Shown: positions 28,771-37,700 of the stretch, in pieces
Numbering within the stretch: the stretch's first letter is position 1
Layout of the letters: the number at the start of each line of letters is the position of its first letter
Made by a program: the position numbers and the translations under genes
Notes under the pieces: generated by a model
The model's database searches: none
What the model was told of the DNA's origin: nothing
What the model saw: only the letters and a program-made list of their open reading frames with translations
IMG/VR virus record: IMGVR_UViG_3300027881_000011
Coordinates: 3,783 to 67,782 of that record
Direction: 5' to 3' (one strand)
DNA: 64,000 nucleotides
DNA from: a virus

Positions 28771-31700
28771 GTGTCAGTACCACAGGAGAAGATCGAGCAG
28801 GCGCTTGAAGCTGCTCGCAAGGACGGCAACTCCGCAGCTGTAACTGAGCTTGAGGAAATGCTGGGTGGTGTTCGGCCAACCCCGTCTGAGGGGGCGGCGC
28901 TTTCTGATCAAGGGGCGTGGCAAGAGGACATTCTGTCTGGTGAGGCGAGGTCCAGACTAACTGCTGGTGATCCAGAGGGTGGGATTGGTACACCACCTGA
29001 GCAGGAAGGCGCACTATCAGATCGACCATCCCGAGAGCCACCACCGATTGAAACCGACGAGTTCGGTACTGGGTTATCTTTTCCAGAGATGACGCCCGAG
29101 CAACGTACAAGGCGTATGGCGAAGAACCAGTACGACTGGGATAAGGCATGGATGGATGATCCGAAGTCGGAACCGACTCGGGAGCAGCAGAACGAATTCA
29201 TGAAAGAAAACACCGACTGGCGCTTCGGCTATGGTCCGAATGATTATATGGGTCGTCAGGTCATTCTTGATCAAGAGACCGGCGAACCACGTTGGAGCGC
29301 TCTGTCTCCGCAGCAAATCAGTCAGGTTGAAGAGAAGGAAAAGAAGAGGGGCACCACCACTAAAGCCTCTATGGGTGCCTTGGGGTTTGGCATCATTCGT
29401 CCGGCTGCAAACATTGCACAAGGCGTCGATGCAGACATCGACAGGTTGAATGATTTTCAGCGCTTCTTATTTCATGAGAAGTTACCCCAAGCAGAAAAAG
29501 ATCGCATCAGTGAGCTGATAGTAGATGAGTACGGTAAGGACAGCAAATACGTAGAGGATATCGGCAAACTGCCAGCGAACAAGCTGCGCGAATACATCGA
29601 GATGAACCCGGAGAACGAGAACGTCTTCGAGAACCTCTCTGGTGACGAATGGTGGGAGCAGCGCAAAGAGTTCGCAGCCAGACTGGCTGGCCGACTTCTT
29701 GGTCGGGGAGCGTTCCCGGTTCCAACACCTATGTTCGGTGCGGATGATCCGGGCGGCGCATTGATGGGTCGTGAGGCTTTTCAGGGCATTGAATACGAAG
29801 GCGACAAGGTAGCTCCAGCTTATGCTGGTGCATCAGAAGATGTTCGTGACTGGCTATCAGAGGCCAGCCATACCGAAAGCATCTATGAAAGCATTGTCAC
29901 GCCGCTCCTGACCACAGACGAAGGCGTTCAGCCCGGTGATCGGTTGATGGAGCTTGCCAACAAAGTTATTGAGAAAACATACACCGAAGAGCAGCAGGCT
30001 GAACGCAGACTGCCGTTCTTCTCGGAAGACGTGAAGGTCCATACAGTCTGGGATTTATTTAACTCTGACCTGTACAACGACCCAAATACCAAGCTGCCAT
30101 GGAATAACTTTGAGGCGTTCGCACTGACGTTCTTCGAGAGCACTCCAGAGATGGCATTGAGCATGGGTGTTACTCGTGGTCTGGGTGGTCTGGGTGCCAA
30201 GACGGCGATGAAAGAAACAGTTGGTCAGACCATCGGCCAGATTGATAAGACCCGGCGCTTGTATGCTGGGCGTTATGGTTTGATTGGTGGCAGTGGTACG
30301 GAAGGTATGTTCGTTGCCAATGCCGTTGAGTCTGAAACCAGAGACACACTCAATGAGGTGTCGATGGATAAGTACCGAGAAGACCCATTGTTCAATAACA
30401 TGGTTGACGGTGGCATGACCGAAGAGGCGGCGAAGCAGGTGCTGGTACAGGATGCCGCCAACATTGCTTCCACGATGTCGTTCGTATCTACGGTGCTGGT
30501 GAGCGGACCGATGAACACTTTCATTGGTAGGAGCGCTGTCGGTCGCGTTATCAAAGATAAGAATGCATTACGACGTTCGGTTGGGATGCTGGGTGAGCCG
30601 GGGTCTGAAGGTCTTCAGGGTCTGGGTGAGCAACTGGCAACCGAGATGGGCGTGGTGCGCATCGACCCAGAGAATCCTATTTTTGATAATCCGAATCGAT
30701 ACCTCGAAGCATTCGGTGGCGAGGCAATGGTCGCTGGTCCGTTCGGGTTTGCGGCAATAGCAGAACCAAGCAAGCCTGTTGGTATCAATGAAGCTGATGT
30801 GGAAGTCGCTCGTGCTACAGAGACGTACATGCGAGCCACCAATGATCGCTTCAAGTGGCAGACCAAGATCAGCGATCCAGAGCATATCGCCAACACGACA
30901 CCGAACGAACGACTGACTGAACTGGAACAGCTGGAGACTCTGCAAAAGGTGGAAGCAAGGTCGCTGCTTGATGCCGAACCAGTGATGCGTAAACACTTGG
31001 AACAGCAGAACACGGAAGTCGCGAAGACCGAACTGAAGATGCTGGGTGCATTAAAGATGCGCGCCAATGCAGTACTCAACGATATCGCTGTTGCGAAGTC
31101 ACGACGTGTTACTGCTGGTGAGGTGCAACAGCAGGAACAACAGATCGTCAAGGATCGTTACGATCTTCAGAAGCGCGTTAATGAGAACGTGCTGAAGCTC
31201 GATGATCTGGAGCGCATGAGCGGCGCGATAGAAACCATTCAGGATCAGGGCGTAGTCGATCAAGCAACTGAGACCGAACTGATAAAGGAAGGCTACGCGA
31301 GGCGCACCGATGAGGGTCAGATGGTCGTATTGCCGAAGGGTAAACGAGCGCTGAAGGAACTCAACAGGCAGGCACGCGGACTCCAAGATCGTCTGGAGAA
31401 GGGCTACATCGGCACTGAGAAGCGCGATCCACTAAACCTGATCAAGCGCGAGATGATTGACAATGTTGGTCCAGTCGAACGCGAGAAAATCTTGCATGAA
31501 GACCCACTGACCGGGACACAGAATCGCAGGGCATTCAATGAGCGACAGGAGAACATCGACGTTCGTGAAGGCGAGACCGCAAAGGTCATTGAGAATCCAG
31601 CTCCAGCCGTAGCGGTGGTGGACGTGGACTCATTGGGCTGGGTGAACGACAACATGTCTCACAGCGCCGGGGATCGACTGCTACTCGCTGTATCAGACGC

Positions 31701-34700
31701 TCTGAGCGAGCAGAAGGGCGTAGAGGTGTTCCGCGTCGGTGGCGACGAGTTTGTGGTCACAGGGGCGTCTCAGGAGCAGCTGGAGACGGCTATGCAGGCA
31801 GCGGCTGCCAAGCTATCTGAGACTGAGGTCGCAGCTGGTGAGGACGCTGTAACACCACAGATTACGTGGGGCAAGGGCAAGACCTATGTCGAGGCCGATG
31901 CCGAGGCAATCACCATGAAAGATGAGCGCATTGCTCGTGGTGTAGTTGCCAAGAAAAAGGAGAAGGCAGCAACGTACAGGGTCCGCTCTCAGGAAGCCCT
32001 GTTCCAGAAAGGCGACGAGCTGGTCCTGACCAACTGGAGAAAGGCCAGAGACTTCGTTGAACGTGGTGACAGTGTAGAGGTGCTAACACCTGATGGCGCA
32101 GTGCAGGGCGTGGTCACGAACGTGACGAACAAGCGTGGGCGTCCACGTGTGAAGGTTAATGTGCAGGGCAGAGAATTTACTTTCAATCCAGAGCTGAATC
32201 ACCTGATTATCAATGAGACGTTGGACCGGGCAGACCTTGCATGGATCACTGGTGATGCTGAGTACGCGCAACCCGGTCGAGACACGTTCCCGCAGACGCT
32301 CTCTGATGTGCAGATAGGGCACATGGGCAAGGATGGTGTCTGGTATGCCGATCTTGCTGTTGAGCCTGAGTACGTTGATACAACGCCAGAGCCGTGGTGG
32401 TGGGAGTCCTATTCTGACCTGAACTTCGACAGGAAGGTGTTCATGGCACCGATGCTGCCGAAGGCGACGCAGGAAGAGATCAGTCGAGCTGATGTTGTCA
32501 GGGAAACCATCACCAACGGCTATAGCAATCTGCCGCCGATCCACATGGTTACCGATATCGCGAAGCTCCAGCGCGAATCGCCAGAGATCGTCAAACAGAT
32601 CAGGGCGGAAGGTGCATCCATGACCGGTGTTCGAGGTTACATGGATCACCTTAATCCAACGAACGGCATCTATATATTCGTACCCAACATCTACTCGATA
32701 GCTGGATCACAGAACTTCGAGCAAGGCGTTGCCGAAACCATCATGCATGAGCTGATTGGTCACTACGGTGTTCGTGGGTTCTTCAGGAACGAGGCAGACC
32801 TGCGTGTCGAGATGCATGGCATCGTTGATGATTTCCCGAAACTGGCGAAGCACTATGCTGGCAGGCTCGGGCTGGATATAAATGACCCGAACGCCAAGCA
32901 GCTGCTTGGTGAAGAGATGGTGGCGTATCTCGCAGGCGAAGTAATGTCAGGCACCATCGACATGACGCCACGACAGAAGACGCGCTGGCAGCGCCTCATG
33001 GACTGGGTGAAGAAAGCCATCAGGACAATGGGTCTGGATCGCTGGTCAACACTGAAAAAGATGTCTCGTGAAGACATCAACGACACGAAGAGTGAGTTCT
33101 GGAATGACGAGCGCATCGTAGACCTGCTCTCCAGCGCACAGGACTTTGTGCGTAATGGTCCTGCGTTCGAGTGGGTGTCCAAATACGACACGGCACAACC
33201 GTACATGCGTGATGCCGACATCTTCCAAGCAGGACTGATCACAGCGATTCATACCGCAGATAAGAAACTTACTGGTCAGGAAAAGAAACAACTGGTAGAG
33301 CAGGGCAAGTATCCAGACAAGGCGTCTGTGCCAAACGAGATGCCGATGTTCCCTGACCGCGCCTCGCCAAACATCTACAAGCAAGCAATCATCAATGCGA
33401 AGAAAGCAGGTTATATGACAGATCGCGAGATCACCATGTCAGGGCTGGACCCAGACGGTGACTTCTATCTGTTCCGTGACGCATCGTATGGCACGTTGCA
33501 ACGCTACTTGGCACAGATGAACGGTGATCATGTCGATCCTGATTGGTACAGGGACGTATTGCCAGAGCATCTGGTGAAAGAGCTGGATGACATTCGTGCT
33601 GCGCAGTTGAAGAACCACATTGTTGGTCCATTAAAACCGACTGGTCAGGACGGTGGTTACGATGGTGATGCTGTTGTCTATCAGTACGATGAGAGGCCAT
33701 CGCTGAACAAGGTGAGCGCGGAAGCTATGCGCGAACGTATTGCCGAAATCATGGCGATGAAGATTGAGCCAAAGAAGACACAGATGACCAAGGAGATGCT
33801 GCTGGCGCACATGGTCTCTGAGAATGCGTATCGAGTCTTTGTTGAGAAGCAAGGCAGGCACCCAAAGATTTCGCAGAGGCAGGCGTACGAAAAGCTGTAT
33901 GGACCGCTGGAAGAGCAAGACATCTTCGTGTCTGCAACAGCCACAGAGGAACAGAAGAAGGAGATAGCAGACGAGATACAGCGCACCAGAGAGCGTGGTT
34001 ATGATATTGGCTTTGATGCCGAACAAGATCGCTGGCTCGACTGGGCGGCACACACAACGGAGTACTCTGAGTGGTCACCACAAGGTTCTCGATACACGAG
34101 AGACTTCCGTGTTGCCTTAATAAAGACCACTGGCGGTGGCACTTCGATGGGCCATACCGGTCACTATGATCCGAACCTTATGCACATCAGAACTGGTGAG
34201 GCAGAGCTGCTTGAATGGGACGAGATGCCAGAGTTGACGTTCCCGAACCCAAAGATGCAAGGCAAAATGCTGTCGCTCATCGAGCTTCAATCAGATTGGC
34301 TGCAAAAACTACGTAAGGGTTTTTCGAGCCAAAATGAAAGACGAGACTCAGAGGAAAAGTATAGGGAGAACCTCTCGCTTCTGAACACAGTCGGTGACCA
34401 GTTTGGTCGTGGCGTTGCTGAAGATGTTTGGAAGGTGCTTGATTCAGTGTTGACGCCGATAGCCAATTTGCCGGACGGCAGAAGCCCGCTGGAAGGTGGT
34501 GGTTTGATGCCGGGGCTACGGGAGCGCGCCAGAGAAGAGCTTGGACAAGCCTATGAAGACCTGACAGCTGATCAGAAGCACGAGCTGTGGAAATCACACA
34601 TGGTCGATGAGCTGGACAAAGTGAAGTCTCGCTGGGATGACGCTGACGCTTATTTACATGGAGTGTTGGAAGCGCTGCCGAAGCTGGGTGATCTACCGGG

Positions 34701-37700
34701 CTCCATGGATGTTCGTGGCTTCGATACGCTGGATGCTATTGCCATGCGTCGTGCTACCACGGTATTAAGGAACGAGCTGTCCAAAGCCACTGACACGATG
34801 CAAAATACTTTTCGTTATGCGGCGAACCAGACAGAGCTGGTTGAGCAAATTCAGCTGCTCAAAAACATCTTCGGTAAGAGATTGCATCAGCTTGCCACCG
34901 ATGGTGATTATGGTGACGGCAGACGCTTACCGATGATCGAGTACCGGTTGGCTCCAATGCTGACAGAGGTGTACAGCATCCTTGGTGCAGACACCAACCA
35001 TATCTCTGAGTTGATGTCTGGGCTTCAGTCACGCGAGATGGCTACCGTGCGCGTGCCACTTCAGGCTGTGAAAGACTTGAATCAGGCAATGACCGCATCC
35101 TTCACGCCTTATGATTTGGTGAAAGAGATTGTCGCGGCAAGTCGTATCAGCAGGCACGGTGACCTTGCGCCCGGAGCGCTTACCTTGACGGTTGGTAATG
35201 CTGGTGACGAGTTCATCGATATCAAGGTGGTTGGCAATAAAGCGGACGTTGCCAAGGCAGAGCAGCTCGTACCGAAACTGATCAAGACGTGGATTGAAAA
35301 CCATGCTGCCGACAAGTTGCGCATCAACACACAGAACCGCGAGCAGCGAACCCTCAGTGATGATGTGCAGGGAGATTACGAGTTTTCCGAATTGGAAGAT
35401 GCATATGGCCTCGAAGAACACGACACAGATTCATCAAGTTCAGAACTCAGCGATTACGGGGTTGAGTCGTTCGAGGAATATGAAGAAAGCACCCTTCCCG
35501 AGATCGAATCAGAGATTATAAATGATGCTTTCGAGAATATAACAGAGTCAGAGTGGGACGACCTCGAAGCAGATAATGAAGGCGTTAGCAGGGAAGGCAA
35601 TACGTACCGCGACGCTCTCGTCATTGATGATGATGGTGATGTAGACAACCAAACGGCTGAAGACGAACTGAGAGATGCGCGTGATGAATACCGTCAAGTA
35701 TTGTACGAAGACGACGATCTGCGGATGCAAGCCTACGATCAGGTTCGCGAGCAATGGCACGAGCGCGGAAAAACCGGACTGGTCACTGGTGACATTCCTA
35801 TCTTGTGGGATGACGACGGTGATCCAATAGACTATGTGGCAGTCGTGATCATCGCCAAGAACCCCGGTGACTCGTACGATCTTTTGATCAATGGCGACGA
35901 AGTTGATTACGACTCCGACTACGATGACGCGAAGGAGTTGTTATCAGCCGCCATCCTTGACTACTACCAGAATGAAAGCATTCGTCCACCACATGGAGCG
36001 CTGTTTGGACCAGACGCACCACCCGCACCAGCAACAGATTTTCGACTGACAGCTCAGGAAGGCCCAGAGGCTGGACCGAACTGGGGAATCGCTACCGGTA
36101 ACTTGGTCGAGAACCTGTCGATGATGAGTGACGCTACTCAAAAAATGGACAAGATATTTAATGAGACGGTGACGCTCGGCAAGAGAATCTCGAATGCAGG
36201 CGTGCATGTGGAGTCACCGCTGTCGAGAGACGAGCAATGGCGTCCACTGGCACTGAAGTACCTGATCGCAGACGCAGTGCGTCGCGGCATGGGCGGTGTG
36301 ATGTGGAACAACGGGCTGTCATCTTCTACTCGTGGTGGGATCGGTATGCACGATGTTGTTGCCACATCCCGTATAGGCTGGACCAAAGAAGAGATATCAC
36401 TGCGTGGTGAGCCGCAAGAGGTTTACATCATTCGCTCCGCAGACATGGGCAAGCCTATCGCTGTCAGCAAGAGTGGCATGGTGTCTATGCTCGGTCGTGA
36501 CGTTACGCGCATCATCAATTTGCAGGAAGCCGGAAAGCTGGAGAGCCCTGATGTTGTAAGTAGCGAAGTCGAACAGGGCGATGAAGTCCCACGAGACAGG
36601 TACATCATTGCAACAACAGAAAGCGGCACGCAGGCGCTGTATCGTCGCAGCGATAATTCTTTCTTGGGATTCCATTCCGACAACGCTGGTATTGATCAGG
36701 CGATTCAACAGGACATGGAGCATTACGGGCGTCCAAAGATAGCGGCAACAGAAGACTTGCCGACAGCTGAGCCGCTTGGTCCGGTAACCGCATCAGGAAT
36801 CATCGATTCCGATATGGCTGGCGGCCTGATTCACGTGATAACTGGTAAACGTCCATCCGGTTATACGGATACGTTCTCGAATCCATTGTTGGCTGGTGCG
36901 CGTAAGTCATACGAAGACATCATGGTTCGCCTCTGGAACAAGGAGTTGAAAAAGTTTGGCGTGCATATCAGTGAAACTTACGTCAAAGCCAAGAACATGA
37001 AAAAGGCTCAGCAGGAAGAGGGCCAGCCCACCATGAAGTCACCCACTCGTGACGAGCAGATCGCTGAGAAACATGGTCGTCTTTATGTTGCAGAGTTGAC
37101 TGGTGAGATGCACGGCTGGGTAGTTATGAGTGAAAAGATCGGACCAGTAGTCAATGACGTGTGGTCCGATAAGTCGCAGGCCGACAGAAAGCTCACCCAG
37201 TATATTGATGACAATTTTGGTTCTGATCGTGAAGGCGTCAAGGTCTTGTATTTCCCGATCACCGATGAGATGCGGGAAGAGTTCAGTGGGCCTACCGCAC
37301 CGTTCCACTATGACCCAACACAAGACCCGGTACTGAAACAGGCAGCGAAGAAATTCGGTTACACGAGAACACCGCTACGCGAGCGCTACAAAGCATTCAA
37401 GGACGCCTTTGGTGCAGAGTTCATACAGGGCGCTCTCGATCAGTTCTATGGTTTACGTCGCGCTTTGAACAACGCTGATGTTAGCGATGGTTCATACATC
37501 AGCGCACGACTCACAACCTCGCTCGACTCGATGATGAAGGGAATACTGGAGTACGGTCACCCAGTCTGGGAAGAGGGAATTGTTTCCAACCAAGGCAAAG
37601 GGTTACTGGAGATACTGCAACCGATCCTGAGCGACCCCAGCACGTGGGGCATGTACATGGCTGGCAAGCGAGCGAAGCGCCTCATGCTCGAAGGCTACGG

